This document shows, piece after piece, positions 25,287-34,099 of a stretch of 43,907 nt of DNA; the stretch's first letter is position 1; each line of letters begins with the position of its first letter. Source of the stretch: a virus (Duplodnaviria; Caudoviricetes); IMG/VR virus record IMGVR_UViG_3300037458_001171, positions 1 to 43,907 of that record, one strand, 5' to 3'. A program made the translations under genes and the position numbers. The notes beneath the pieces were generated by a model. It was not told where the DNA came from. It ran no database searches and saw nothing but the letters and a program-made list of their open reading frames with translations.

Positions 25287-27126
25287 TTTTGCTCTCCCCT
25301 TCCATGATGTTTATTCCGTACAACTTTGGGCCCTCTTTGAAGGAGGCTTTGCCTATCTCGGCCGCGCGAACTGCGTGCTCATCCGGCACCATGAAATTCT
25401 CCTCATCGTGGTACATGATCAGCGGAACGTACGGTATTCCCTCCTCCTCTAGTTTCTCCATGGTTAGCATAAGAGCGGTGGCGCAGGTGACCTTCTCGCA
25501 GGCCTGAAGCAGATAGACCAGGAGTTTGTGGAAGGAGTCCACATATATGCGATTGCCGGCTATGGACGGGATGTAGCCGTCCCCGCTCTTCTTGGTGCTG
25601 CCGTACACGTTCTCGAGCTTCTCCAGCAGCTTCTTGAATCCAGGGACGGCCTTCACGAATCCACTCTTCAGTTTGTTGCCTCTCTCCACGTCCAGATTCC
25701 CGAAGATGTAGGACCATAACTTGGCCCCGGAGGCGCCGAAGAGGAACGCGTACAAGATCCGCTTGGCCTGGGCCCTCTCCACCACCCGCTCCACCCCCAT
25801 CCCGCGGAGCACGTCCGTCAGTATCCCGGCGTTGTGCGTGTGTATGTCCCCGTTGAGGAGCGTGTCTATATACTCCCGATCCCCCAGATAGTGCGCCAGG
25901 CCCCTCGCCTGGTTCCCGGACGAGTCGCAGCCGACTATCTTCCAGCCGGGCTTGCACCGAAACAGGCTGCGCATCTCCTTGCCCCACGCCGAATCCGCGG
26001 TGGGCACGTTGACGATTATCTGGTGTCTGGTGCGCATGCTCGGGGTGCCTATCGGGAACGACTTTCCGTGCAGCATGCCCTCCTCGTCCACGTTCTCCAG
26101 CCACGTCTTGAGTATCCCGTGTCTGGACTTGGTGGTGAGGAACTCCAGATACAGTCGCCCGTCCCCGCCGAGGAACTCCAGGCTGTCCTCGGTTATCTTC
26201 GGCGAGGTTCTCTCCCTCTTGCCGTCCGGCCCTAGCTTGTAGTTCCACTCGGTGGGCTGCCAGCCGTGCCTGAACAGGAACACCTTCACATCCTGCACCG
26301 AGTCCAGGCTCAGGGGCTCGAACGTGACCCGGCAGAACGGTCCCAGGACCATCCGCTCCTCTCCCTCGTAGCCGGAGCACGGATCTATCCCGAACCAGCG
26401 CGCGGTGTTCGCGTCGTAGAAACCCTCCTTTGTCCACCTGGGCCTCTTTTCCGCCACGCTTCCGTTGGTCTTGTCGACGGCCACGCACTTCATCCCCAGC
26501 TTGGACTCCAGCGCGGCGTACGTCTCGGCCATCCTCTTTCCCAGGAGCTCGAACAGGGCGAGGGCGCCCTCGGTGTCGAACGGCCACCCGTGCTCCTCGG
26601 CCCTCGCGTTCCACTCCGACGCGTAGTGCTCCGCCCTGATATACGTCTTCAGGGCGGGGGCCTTGCCGGACACCCTGCGGAACTCGGCCAGAAGTCGGTC
26701 GTAAATCTTCTTGGTGAGCAGCGCGTCCGTCTTGCACCTGACGAGCATCTTCTCCGAGTACCTGTCCCACTCCTCGTGTTGAACCTTCGGTGTGCCCAGC
26801 TCCCTGCCCCACACCTCCAGGCTGTGTCCGTCGTCCCCGAATCGCCTGTAGTCCAGCACCTGCGACAGGATCATGGTGTCTAGCCGCTTGACGGACCTAG
26901 GCAGCACGAACCCGAATAGTTTTTTCAGGGCCATCAGATCGAACCCGACGATGTTGTGCCCAACCACCAGTTCGGCGGACGACAGGAGCTGCTGCCAGCC
27001 CGTGTCGCCCTCCTCGAACACCAGCAGCTCCCCGCTGTCGAGATCCACGGCCACCATCACCCACATCCGGGTGCAGGTGTCCAGCAGGCCGTCCGTCTCG
27101 ATGTCTATCAGGTATTTACCGCCCAT
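25258..27126 (-). CDS. polA: family A DNA polymerase with 3'-5' exonuclease domain
   Basis: Start MGGKYLIDIETDG at 27126; GHNIVGFD, HSLEVWG; motif A DSSGNQAR, motif B RAQAKRILYAFLFG, motif C YHDE. Confidence 0.95.
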   Translation of the reverse strand: MGGKYLIDIETDGLLDTCTRMWVMVAVDLDSGELLVFEEGDTGWQQLLSSAELVVGHNIVGFDLMALKKLFGFVLPRSVKRLDTMILSQVLDYRRFGDDGHSLEVWGRELGTPKVQHEEWDRYSEKMLVRCKTDALLTKKIYDRLLAEFRRVSGKAPALKTYIRAEHYASEWNARAEEHGWPFDTEGALALFELLGKRMAETYAALESKLGMKCVAVDKTNGSVAEKRPRWTKEGFYDANTARWFGIDPCSGYEGEERMVLGPFCRVTFEPLSLDSVQDVKVFLFRHGWQPTEWNYKLGPDGKRERTSPKITEDSLEFLGGDGRLYLEFLTTKSRHGILKTWLENVDEEGMLHGKSFPIGTPSMRTRHQIIVNVPTADSAWGKEMRSLFRCKPGWKIVGCDSSGNQARGLAHYLGDREYIDTLLNGDIHTHNAGILTDVLRGMGVERVVERAQAKRILYAFLFGASGAKLWSYIFGNLDVERGNKLKSGFVKAVPGFKKLLEKLENVYGSTKKSGDGYIPSIAGNRIYVDSFHKLLVYLLQACEKVTCATALMLTMEKLEEEGIPYVPLIMYHDEENFMVPDEHAVRAAEIGKASFKEGPKLYGINIMEGESKIGDTWYAVH

Positions 27127-27719
27127 CAGGTCCCTCCCAGGATCTTGTCCACCTCCTCCACCAGTATGTTGCGCCCGGCCCTCTCGTATGCCACCCAGAA
27201 CTTGAGGTACCAGAGAGCCTTCTCCAGATCCTTCGGGCTTTCCGCCTTCCTGCCCCTTCTGTCCAGGTAATTCCTGACCTGCCACTCCAGGGCGGCGGCC
27301 ATGTTCGCCCGGTTGCCGGCGTACGTGGGCAGCGACTGCATGTACTCGATCCACTGCTTGTCTTCGAAGAAGTTCTTGTAGTGCTCTGGGCTCACCGGGT
27401 CGTCCGCGGAGAGATCGAGCTCCGACGCCGCGCTGGTCATGCGGATCTCGGTCTCGATCGGATCGAACGGGTCCCACTTGTGTTTCTCCTTGTCGTACCC
27501 GCAGGCCCAGGCCCGGTTCCGCTCCTCGGTCACGCGCTGTCCGTGCAGGTCGTCCAGACTCCTCATCTGGAAGCCCTCTCCCGTGCGATTGTTGGTTACC
27601 TGCACGTGTCTCCCGTGCGTGACGTTCTCTTCCACAATTTCGTCGATGTTTGTGGTGGTGTCGTACCGCTCGGTCCCTCCGGAGGCGGCGGGCCTGTGCT
27701 TCTCGTATGTGTAAAGCAT
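27126..27719 (-). CDS. DUF3310-domain protein (T7 gp1.7-like)
   Basis: DPVSPEHYK...NYLDRRGRK...KDLEKALWYL; start MLYTYEK at 27719. Confidence 0.8.
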   Translation of the reverse strand: MLYTYEKHRPAASGGTERYDTTTNIDEIVEENVTHGRHVQVTNNRTGEGFQMRSLDDLHGQRVTEERNRAWACGYDKEKHKWDPFDPIETEIRMTSAASELDLSADDPVSPEHYKNFFEDKQWIEYMQSLPTYAGNRANMAAALEWQVRNYLDRRGRKAESPKDLEKALWYLKFWVAYERAGRNILVEEVDKILGGT

Positions 27720-27745
27720 GTGATCTCCTCTGAGAGCCGTCGAAA

Positions 27746-28231
27746 TCAGAACGGGATGTCGTCCTCGGACTCTCCCTCTGTGCTGAATTCCTCCTCGGTG
27801 AAGTCCTCCATCCCCTGGTACACGTACGGGACCAGCCGGGTCACCTGCACCCCCATCAGCGTCGAGGATATGCCCTTGCCGCCGCCCTCCGGCTTCTCGT
27901 ATTCCTTCTGAAGGATGCGCACGTTCGCGATGCTGCCGTTCCCGATGGTGTCCCCGTCGAGCGGCCTCATCTTGCCGTCCACGACCTTGATGGGTCTGCT
28001 GCTCTCCCCCTGCCGGTTCTTGGTGCGCTTCTTGAGGTTGACCCGCCAGTACGGATCCCCCTCGTCCGGCGCGATCTTCTTGACGTTCAGCCCCAGCTTC
28101 TTCCACTCGTCCTTCACATCAGGATCTTTCGTCCTGATCTGCACCTCCCACCGCGGGTTGAGTTTGTCGAATTTGTCGCTAGGCCGCGTCAGCTTCGGGT
28201 GCCAGATTTCAACGTTTTTGAGTATCGTCAT
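27746..28231 (-). CDS. ssb: single-stranded DNA-binding protein (T7 gp2.5-like)
   Basis: IGNGSIANV...LMGVQV OB-fold pattern; acidic tail ending DDIPF. Confidence 0.85.
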   Translation of the reverse strand: MTILKNVEIWHPKLTRPSDKFDKLNPRWEVQIRTKDPDVKDEWKKLGLNVKKIAPDEGDPYWRVNLKKRTKNRQGESSRPIKVVDGKMRPLDGDTIGNGSIANVRILQKEYEKPEGGGKGISSTLMGVQVTRLVPYVYQGMEDFTEEEFSTEGESEDDIPF

Positions 28232-28259
28232 CCGCTCTCTCGTTTTCGAATCGATTTCC

Positions 28260-28275
28260 GGGCTAATCTAACGGG
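28260..28275 (-). promoter_or_regulatory. motif B, copy 3 (heads the replication module)
   Basis: CCGGGA-CCCGTT-AGA-TTAGCCC-GG. Confidence 0.65.
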
Positions 28276-28293
28276 TCCCGGAGATCCCCGCTT

Positions 28294-28500
28294 CTAGCGA
28301 CCGGCGGCCAGAAAATCCGCCGGTCTCTTTACCACCGTGATGGCCACGGGTTTCGCCTGGGCGTCAATCCCGGACAGCTCTCCCTTATAGTCGCGAGACA
28401 CTTTGACCGGCACGGCGGCTTTGAAATGCTCGAGCAGTTCCGCGCTGTATGGCAAAACCACGCCGTCTTCCCCGAGATTCAACAGAATGATGAATTCCAT
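28294..28500 (-). CDS. hypothetical protein
   Basis: MEFIILLNL..., GGAGGAG SD. Confidence 0.55.
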   Translation of the reverse strand: MEFIILLNLGEDGVVLPYSAELLEHFKAAVPVKVSRDYKGELSGIDAQAKPVAITVVKRPADFLAAGR

Positions 28501-28501
28501 C

Positions 28502-28702
28502 TCACTCCTCCGAAAATGCGGCGTCCCACTCATCCCTGGAGATGCCGGTCATTATGAATTCCCGATCCTCCGCCGCCACATCCGGCATCAGCTTCTGTAT
28601 CAGGCCCTCGCCTCGCTCGTACGCGGCCAGCGCCGCGGGATCCACCGCGATCTCCCTCGTGCGGACCTCTCCGCTGAGTATGCTACGCCTGGTCACCAGC
28701 AT
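28502..28702 (-). CDS. small conserved phage protein
   Basis: RRSILSG...LIQ...EDREFIMTGIS.DEWD. Confidence 0.75.
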   Translation of the reverse strand: MLVTRRSILSGEVRTREIAVDPAALAAYERGEGLIQKLMPDVAAEDREFIMTGISRDEWDAAFSEE

Positions 28703-29132
28703 CGATGTCCCCGAATCTGCCGGCTTGCTCCCTGTTGCTCTCCTCTGTCATCAGAATCGAGTCCGTCGCGTTGCTGTTCGCCTCCGCGATGTGCCTGGGC
28801 ACGAAGTACGTGTTCCCCCCGGCATTGTTGGTTATCAGGAGGAACACGGCGTACTCCCCGCCCGGCTCGGCCCACTCGGCCACGTCGAACACGGCGGCCA
28901 CCTCCGCCAGAGAGAAGTATCGCCCGTGCTCCTCGGACCAGGACGCGGTCTCGATCTCGCCGAGCTCCTGCGCGCTCTCCACGATGAATATGCCGCCGCC
29001 GAAATCCGCCTCGATGTCTTCCGAGTTGAATCCCGGCTGCTCCTCCACGTCGCCGTACCTCTCCAGGTACCGGAGCACCTCCGCCGGGGCGTTTCTGCGC
29101 ACCTCCGCGCTGGTATTTCCCAGATCTCTCAT
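28683..29132 (-). CDS. acidic hypothetical protein
   Basis: Start MRDLGN at 29132 (ATGA overlap). Confidence 0.7.
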   Translation of the reverse strand: MRDLGNTSAEVRRNAPAEVLRYLERYGDVEEQPGFNSEDIEADFGGGIFIVESAQELGEIETASWSEEHGRYFSLAEVAAVFDVAEWAEPGGEYAVFLLITNNAGGNTYFVPRHIAEANSNATDSILMTEESNREQAGRFGDIDAGDQA

Positions 29133-29338
29133 CGCATCTCCTCTGTGTTCAGTTCCTTGATCAAATCGGCCAGATCCCGCATGGCCCCCATAGCGCGGGA
29201 GATCTCCTCCGCGTCGCAATGCACCCCCGTGCTGATCACCCTTATTGTCGGTTTTCCGGAGGACTGTAGAACATGCAGCACGAACAATTCCATGTTGTCG
29301 CGAGTGAAATACTTTAGCTCCCCCGCTATCATCCCCAT
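29129..29338 (-). CDS. hypothetical protein
   Basis: 69 aa, tiling. Confidence 0.55.
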   Translation of the reverse strand: MGMIAGELKYFTRDNMELFVLHVLQSSGKPTIRVISTGVHCDAEEISRAMGAMRDLADLIKELNTEEMR

Positions 29339-29342
29339 CTCC

Positions 29343-31607
29343 TCAGCAGAAGCAGTACTCGGACTGCCGTATCAGCCCCACGTCCAGCGAGCCCACGTCG
29401 AGGCCGGAGGCGTCCGTCCGCATGTCACTGAGGAGCGCCCCGAGCGGGTCCATCTGGTATAGCTGGACGAACGTGTCTCTTATCAGCGGATACAGGGCCT
29501 GCATGTCGGCCAGCAGGCACCCGTACGAGTCGTGCACGGTGGTCACCGGGAAGTCCGCCTGGCACACGGTGAGCATCAGGTGCGCCGCGTCGAGGCTGTG
29601 TATCGCGTTGGGGCTGGCTCCTTGCGACTGTTTCCCCTTGGACGGCTTGAGTTCCTCCACGAAGCAGACCGCCAGCTGCAGCGTGTTGGAATAGTAGCCG
29701 GTGCTCAGCCTGGGGCCGGCGGGCGGCCCGTACTGCACGTACAGCTTCTTCGTGATCCCCTCTGTGTAGTGCTGCACGACCGGGAAGTGCGTCAGCGGGA
29801 CCACCCAGGAGAGGAATCTGCCCTCACGCTCTGCCTCTCGGCCCGCCCGCTCCAGCTTGGCCAGCAGCTGCATCGGCCTCCTAAGGGCCTCCCGGCACGT
29901 GGTGTACACCTCCCGGCCCAGGAACGCACCCCACCTGTGCTCCATGTGGTACAGCAGCTCGATCCCGTGCTTCCTGGAGTCGTCGATGATCTGCTGCCCC
30001 AGGCCGTACGCCGTGCCCCCGTAGGGGATCGTCATGGTGTTCCTCTTGACGATCTTCCTACGGTGGGCGGCGTCTTTTATTCGGCACCAGAACACGGGTG
30101 CGGCCATGGCCATCAGCTCCGCGTTCTCGTGCTTCAGCCGGTGGATGTCACCGGCGAGCCTGCTGCGCCTGTCGGATTTGGGCTCGCATTCGTTGATCTC
30201 CTTTTTGAGTTCCACGATATTGTCTATGAGCCGCTCGCAGGCGGCCTTCTCCTCCTCGGTCATGCCGGACACGTCCTTCTCCAACTTGGCCCAGACGTGG
30301 TCGGCGATGTACTTGTACAGATCCCCCGGAAGATCCAGCGGGACCAGGTTGACGTGCGGTGCCGTGACCTCATCCCTCGTCAGGGCCGCCAGGTGCTGGC
30401 TGCCGTTGTTCGACCCATCGATGAACACCTCGAGCCCGCTCTCGTACATGTACTCGGCGCCTTCCGCCCAGTGCGAGGGCAGGTAGTGGCCCCTGTGCGA
30501 GGCCTGCCAGTCCCGGAATGACTTCAGCTCGAAGCACGTGGCGAGGAACTGCCAGGGGTGGTCCGCGCGCATCCACCCCTGATTAACCTTGGGATTCTCA
30601 GCGTAGGACAGCAAGATCTCCTCGTTGTCGGCGGCCCACTCCGCCCTGTCCTTCAGCGGCAGTTTGTCAGTCTTGAGCCTGTCGATGCGGCCCGAGTCTC
30701 CCGCCCAGGAGGATGCCAGAGACACCATTAGCCAGAAGAAGCCGGACCTCCCTATCGGCTTCCTGTCGGCCCTCAGCAGCAGGCCCCTGGCCACGTCGTT
30801 GCCCTGCTCGTGCAGATAGGCGGTCGCCGGGTATTTCCTACCGCGGAAGTCGTAGTAGTACAGGTGGTAGAACACCTTGTCCACGAACCGCGAGGCTATG
30901 TCGATCACCGCCCTGGCCTCCCTCAGCTTGGTGTTCCTGGCCTCCGGATTGGTCTGCTCCCAGATGTCGGAGAATGCCTCGACCTTATTCCTCAGGGCCC
31001 ACATTTGGATATTCAGGACGTGCTCGTTTACCGTCCACCCGATGCGCTGGGCCCTGTTCAGGCACTCGAAGACCATCGGGTGGCTCTGCGGCGACAGGGC
31101 ATCCAGTACGTCCTTGCTGCCCGTCTTCACCATGTTCCACCCGGTCTCGTGCCTGGAGCCGCGCCACTGCCCGTACGGCCTGATGTTCGGGAGCTTCTCG
31201 ATCGAGCCGGGCTCCACGCTGTTCCAGAGCTGGCATATCCCGTCGTCATCTAGCACCTGCACCAGGTAGGCATTGTGTCCCTTCTGGCCGTGGCCCATCA
31301 CGACCTGCAGAAAGCCCAGCTCCTCAAAGGAGTACAGCAGGAAGGCGCCGGTCTTGGCCGCCAGCGACGAGTCCTTCTTCAGTCTGAACTTCCCCCTTAT
31401 GGTGTGACCGATGGCACAGATCAGTTCCGTCAGGTAGATCGTGTGCCCGCCGAAGCCCTTCTTCTGGCGCGTGTAGAGGTACACCACGGATATCAGGTGG
31501 TCCGTGTACTCCCTGACGTCATGTCGGAGGAGGTACTTTAGAGGATTCTGCGGAGATATCTCCGTCCTCAGCCTTGCTCGGATGCTTTCCACCAGAATTT
31601 CTCTCAT
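29343..31607 (-). CDS. T7-like single-subunit DNA-directed RNA polymerase
   Basis: DFRGRKY, HPWQFLA, DGSNNGSQH (motif A), RKIVKRNTMTIPYG (motif B), PNAIHSLDAAHL, VHDSY (motif C). Confidence 0.96.
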   Translation of the reverse strand: MREILVESIRARLRTEISPQNPLKYLLRHDVREYTDHLISVVYLYTRQKKGFGGHTIYLTELICAIGHTIRGKFRLKKDSSLAAKTGAFLLYSFEELGFLQVVMGHGQKGHNAYLVQVLDDDGICQLWNSVEPGSIEKLPNIRPYGQWRGSRHETGWNMVKTGSKDVLDALSPQSHPMVFECLNRAQRIGWTVNEHVLNIQMWALRNKVEAFSDIWEQTNPEARNTKLREARAVIDIASRFVDKVFYHLYYYDFRGRKYPATAYLHEQGNDVARGLLLRADRKPIGRSGFFWLMVSLASSWAGDSGRIDRLKTDKLPLKDRAEWAADNEEILLSYAENPKVNQGWMRADHPWQFLATCFELKSFRDWQASHRGHYLPSHWAEGAEYMYESGLEVFIDGSNNGSQHLAALTRDEVTAPHVNLVPLDLPGDLYKYIADHVWAKLEKDVSGMTEEEKAACERLIDNIVELKKEINECEPKSDRRSRLAGDIHRLKHENAELMAMAAPVFWCRIKDAAHRRKIVKRNTMTIPYGGTAYGLGQQIIDDSRKHGIELLYHMEHRWGAFLGREVYTTCREALRRPMQLLAKLERAGREAEREGRFLSWVVPLTHFPVVQHYTEGITKKLYVQYGPPAGPRLSTGYYSNTLQLAVCFVEELKPSKGKQSQGASPNAIHSLDAAHLMLTVCQADFPVTTVHDSYGCLLADMQALYPLIRDTFVQLYQMDPLGALLSDMRTDASGLDVGSLDVGLIRQSEYCFC

Positions 31608-31664
31608 CTAGTATCCTCGCTATTCGCGGTGCGCACATCAGTATCAGCAGCCCAAGTATCAGCT

Positions 31665-31802
31665 TTACCACTGTCTGGCACCCCTGTGTTTGTCATAGAT
31701 CAGCAGGAGTACCCAGGCCAGAAGCAGCAGAAGTTCGATCGGCAGTTTGGTCAGGAAGAAAAGCGCCGTTGCAAGGAGTAGATAATGTATGGCTCTGTTC
31801 AA
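31665..31802 (-). CDS. small hydrophobic membrane protein (45 aa)
   Basis: TTG start after AGGAGAGG; MNRAIHYLLLATALFFLTKLPIELLLLLAWVLLLIYDK... Confidence 0.5.
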   Translation of the reverse strand: MNRAIHYLLLATALFFLTKLPIELLLLLAWVLLLIYDKHRGARQW

Positions 31803-31822
31803 TTATCCTCTCCTATTCACGG

Positions 31823-31866
31823 AAAAAAAAAAATACGCAGAGCGGAGACGCCCGAAGGCGTCCCCG
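31823..31866 (-). terminator. probable intrinsic terminator
   Basis: CGGGGACGCC-TTCG-GGCGTCTCCG hairpin; T11 tract 9 nt downstream. Confidence 0.6.
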
Positions 31867-31887
31867 ATTTGTGCAGTGATTTGAAGC

Positions 31888-32196
31888 CTAGCTCTTTGGA
31901 AGTTGCAATTCCAGGCCTTTTTGTCTCTCGACGAAGAACGGGATCAGGCTACCCTTTGGACCAAGGTCAAAAGCTGCGAACACTTCCAGCGGAGAGAACA
32001 GCGAGCCGACGAAGCGCTTGTAGTTCCAGTCGACCCGCACGTCCCCCCGGTGGAATCTTTTTACGGACCGCACAAAGTTTTCCGACAGGAAAACTCTGCG
32101 CAGTTCGGACGCCTCGAAGCCGGACGTCTTCTTCATGTAGTACCACCCGGCTATGTCAACCGGGTCCTCCGGCGCGTGCCGATTTCCACTTTTCAT
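31888..32196 (-). CDS. hypothetical protein
   Basis: 102 aa. Confidence 0.55.
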   Translation of the reverse strand: MKSGNRHAPEDPVDIAGWYYMKKTSGFEASELRRVFLSENFVRSVKRFHRGDVRVDWNYKRFVGSLFSPLEVFAAFDLGPKGSLIPFFVERQKGLELQLPKS

Positions 32197-32344
32197 ACGC
32201 TTCGATCGCCAGGATGGAGAGGATGGAAATTGCCAAGAAGGACACGGCGGCCTTCCCGGTGATGATGGCGTTCCCGAGAATGGTGGGCGCGGTCACGAAC
32301 ATGACGACCGCGTACCCGATTATCAGCAGCGTCCGCTTGTTCAT
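32156..32344 (-). CDS. small membrane protein (2 TM)
   Basis: Hydrophobic; ATGA overlap. Confidence 0.6.
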   Translation of the reverse strand: MNKRTLLIIGYAVVMFVTAPTILGNAIITGKAAVSFLAISILSILAIEAYEKWKSARAGGPG

Positions 32345-32667
32345 CGTCCTGCCTCGGGCACGTCGACCACGATGGTGTCGCTGTTAGAGTTCACGAAATC
32401 GAAGATCTGTTCGATGAGCTCTTCGCGCTGGCGCCGCTCTTCGCGGAACTGCTCGATCCTTGCGACGACCTCGTTGAACTTGCCGCGAACTGCCTCGAAG
32501 AATCCCTCGATGCCGGAGGCGGCGCGGGCCACGACGGGGCGGGCTGCTATCGTCAGGTTCACGAGCGCCCATCCGAGCAGGTACAGCGCCCAGTACAGCG
32601 ACACGAGCGACACGATGTAGAACCAGCCGATGGCGACGAGCTTGGCGGTAAAAATGCTTGACAACAT
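32341..32667 (-). CDS. membrane protein
   Basis: Start MLSSIF at 32667 with AGGAG SD, directly after motif A. Confidence 0.7.
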   Translation of the reverse strand: MLSSIFTAKLVAIGWFYIVSLVSLYWALYLLGWALVNLTIAARPVVARAASGIEGFFEAVRGKFNEVVARIEQFREERRQREELIEQIFDFVNSNSDTIVVDVPEAGR

Positions 32668-32688
32668 GGCTATCTCCTGTGAGGGTTG

Positions 32689-32730
32689 GATAGACTTCTG
32701 TCTATCATATAAGATGGCGCCATTTGCGCG
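32689..32730 (-). promoter_or_regulatory. motif A, copy 3
   Basis: CGCGCAAATGGCGCCATCTTATAT-GATAGAC-AGAA-GTCTATC. Confidence 0.7.
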
Positions 32731-32765
32731 TTTTTTACCCCGCTCTCGGCGGGGCTTCCGGTTCC

Positions 32766-33221
32766 TCATGCCATGGTCACTGTGCCTCGGCGGTCCATCA
32801 CCAGCGACTGCCTGCGGGGGGAGTCCGTGAAGCTCAGGTGGACCCAGCCGCCCGAGGGCGAGTCGGGGAACTCCAGGATCAACTGGTCGTAGATCATGTG
32901 CTCGTCGCGCAGCCTGGCCGCCACGTCGCGCGGGGAGCCGTACCTCGGCGCCACGAAGTCTACGGCGCAGCCCAGCACGTGCTGCGAGGACGGCTTACTG
33001 CCTATCCTCTCGTTGAGCTCCAGGCACCTGTACCAGCTGGTGACCAGGACCGGGACGCCCAGCATCGTCCGGACCGTATCCATCCTAGCGGCGGTTCTCC
33101 GTATATTTTCCATCACCGCCCCGGGAGGGGGCTCGTTGTTTATTCCCAGGCGGGCCGCCGTCTGGCTCGCCACGGCCTCCCCGTACGAGAAGAATAGGGA
33201 CAGCGGGTACGAGTGCTTCAC
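32766..33221 (-). CDS. endolysin, peptidase M15A family
   Basis: VTSWYRCLELNERIGS..SSQHVLGCAVDF...DQLILEF...WVHLS; GTG start at 33221. Confidence 0.9.
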   Translation of the reverse strand: MKHSYPLSLFFSYGEAVASQTAARLGINNEPPPGAVMENIRRTAARMDTVRTMLGVPVLVTSWYRCLELNERIGSKPSSQHVLGCAVDFVAPRYGSPRDVAARLRDEHMIYDQLILEFPDSPSGGWVHLSFTDSPRRQSLVMDRRGTVTMA

Positions 33222-33769
33222 GGCCAGGCCTCCAGACAGGCGCGGAGCTTTATGCCTCTCACTTCCGCAGCTCCTGAAGTTTCCGCTGCCAGCTCTGCGC
33301 CTCTTCTGACCAGGTCGCCGCATCTCGAGACAAGTCCCTCGCCGTCGGCGAGTAGCTCCGCGAGTCTTCCGGCGCGAGCGACACAGGAGGAGAGGGAGTC
33401 TCCGGCGGTCGGACCTCCCGCGAATCCGGCCAGGTCGCGGCGCAGCCTGTCGCGGTCAAGGCGAATAGCACCGACGCTGCGATTGAGCGCATCTATCTCT
33501 CCCGTAAGTTTCCTAGAATCGGCCTCGGCGGCCGAGGCGCGGCCCCTGGCCGCATCCACCTCCGCCTGCATGCCGCGCTCCATCTCCCTGTACTCGGCCT
33601 GGCGCCTGCCGGCCGCCTCCGCGGCAGCCAGCAGCGCGGCCCCGTGCCGGGTCTCCCACCGGTCCCCGCAGAGCTTCCACCCGAGGAGGACCCCTGCGAC
33701 GAACAGCAGCGCCGCCGCCAGCGCCTTGGCCGCCAGAGTCCCCGCCCACACGCCCAGCTGAGCGAACAT
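33218..33769 (-). CDS. Rz-like inner-membrane spanin
   Basis: N-terminal TM, long Ala-rich coiled coil, in the lysis cassette. Confidence 0.8.
   Translation of the reverse strand: MFAQLGVWAGTLAAKALAAALLFVAGVLLGWKLCGDRWETRHGAALLAAAEAAGRRQAEYREMERGMQAEVDAARGRASAAEADSRKLTGEIDALNRSVGAIRLDRDRLRRDLAGFAGGPTAGDSLSSCVARAGRLAELLADGEGLVSRCGDLVRRGAELAAETSGAAEVRGIKLRACLEAWP
33259..33492 (-). CDS. Rz1-like outer-membrane lipoprotein spanin embedded in Rz
   Basis: Signal peptide with lipobox LTATG-C, Pro-rich mature part, alternate frame inside Rz. Confidence 0.8.
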   Translation of the reverse strand: MRSIAASVLFALTATGCAATWPDSREVRPPETPSPPVSLAPEDSRSYSPTARDLSRDAATWSEEAQSWQRKLQELRK

Positions 33770-33772
33770 GCG

Positions 33773-34009
33773 TCATCTCCCCGGTCTCTGCTCGTCCCCC
33801 GCGTCCATGTTGCCCTGGCGCAGCACGCGCACGAATATGGCGACGGCCGCCACGCCGAAGGTCAAGAACGCGAAGCTGGCGGGGCCCATCGTGTCCCTGA
33901 ACAGCGGCAGCGAAAGCTCCGCGGCCGACAGGATCGCCATGAACGCCATCAGACGGACGCTCCACGCCTTCAGCAGGACGCTCTTCCATTCGGGTATAAG
34001 CTTTACCAT
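33773..34009 (-). CDS. putative holin (2 TM)
   Basis: MVKLIPEWKSVLLKAWSVRL...FVRVLRQ; AAGGA SD; first gene of the lysis cassette. Confidence 0.75.
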   Translation of the reverse strand: MVKLIPEWKSVLLKAWSVRLMAFMAILSAAELSLPLFRDTMGPASFAFLTFGVAAVAIFVRVLRQGNMDAGDEQRPGR

Positions 34010-34083
34010 GAGATATCCTTGTGGGTTTGAACTAGGACAAAACACCCCGAGTGTCCCCTTAAAGGCCATTATGGCCCCTCTCC

Positions 34084-34099
34084 GGGATAATTCAACGGG
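34084..34099 (-). promoter_or_regulatory. motif B, copy 4 (heads the lysis cassette)
   Basis: CCGGAC-CCCGTT-GAA-TTATCCC-GG. Confidence 0.65.

Noticed and set aside
19195-31607. Introns or inteins in NrdJ, helicase, PolA or RNAP
   Set aside because: All are continuous and of ordinary or compact length, with no intein-like insertion seen.
32731-32756. Terminator after the endolysin
   Set aside because: A CCCCGC/GCGGGG hairpin exists, but on the coding strand it is followed by an A-run, not a U-run.
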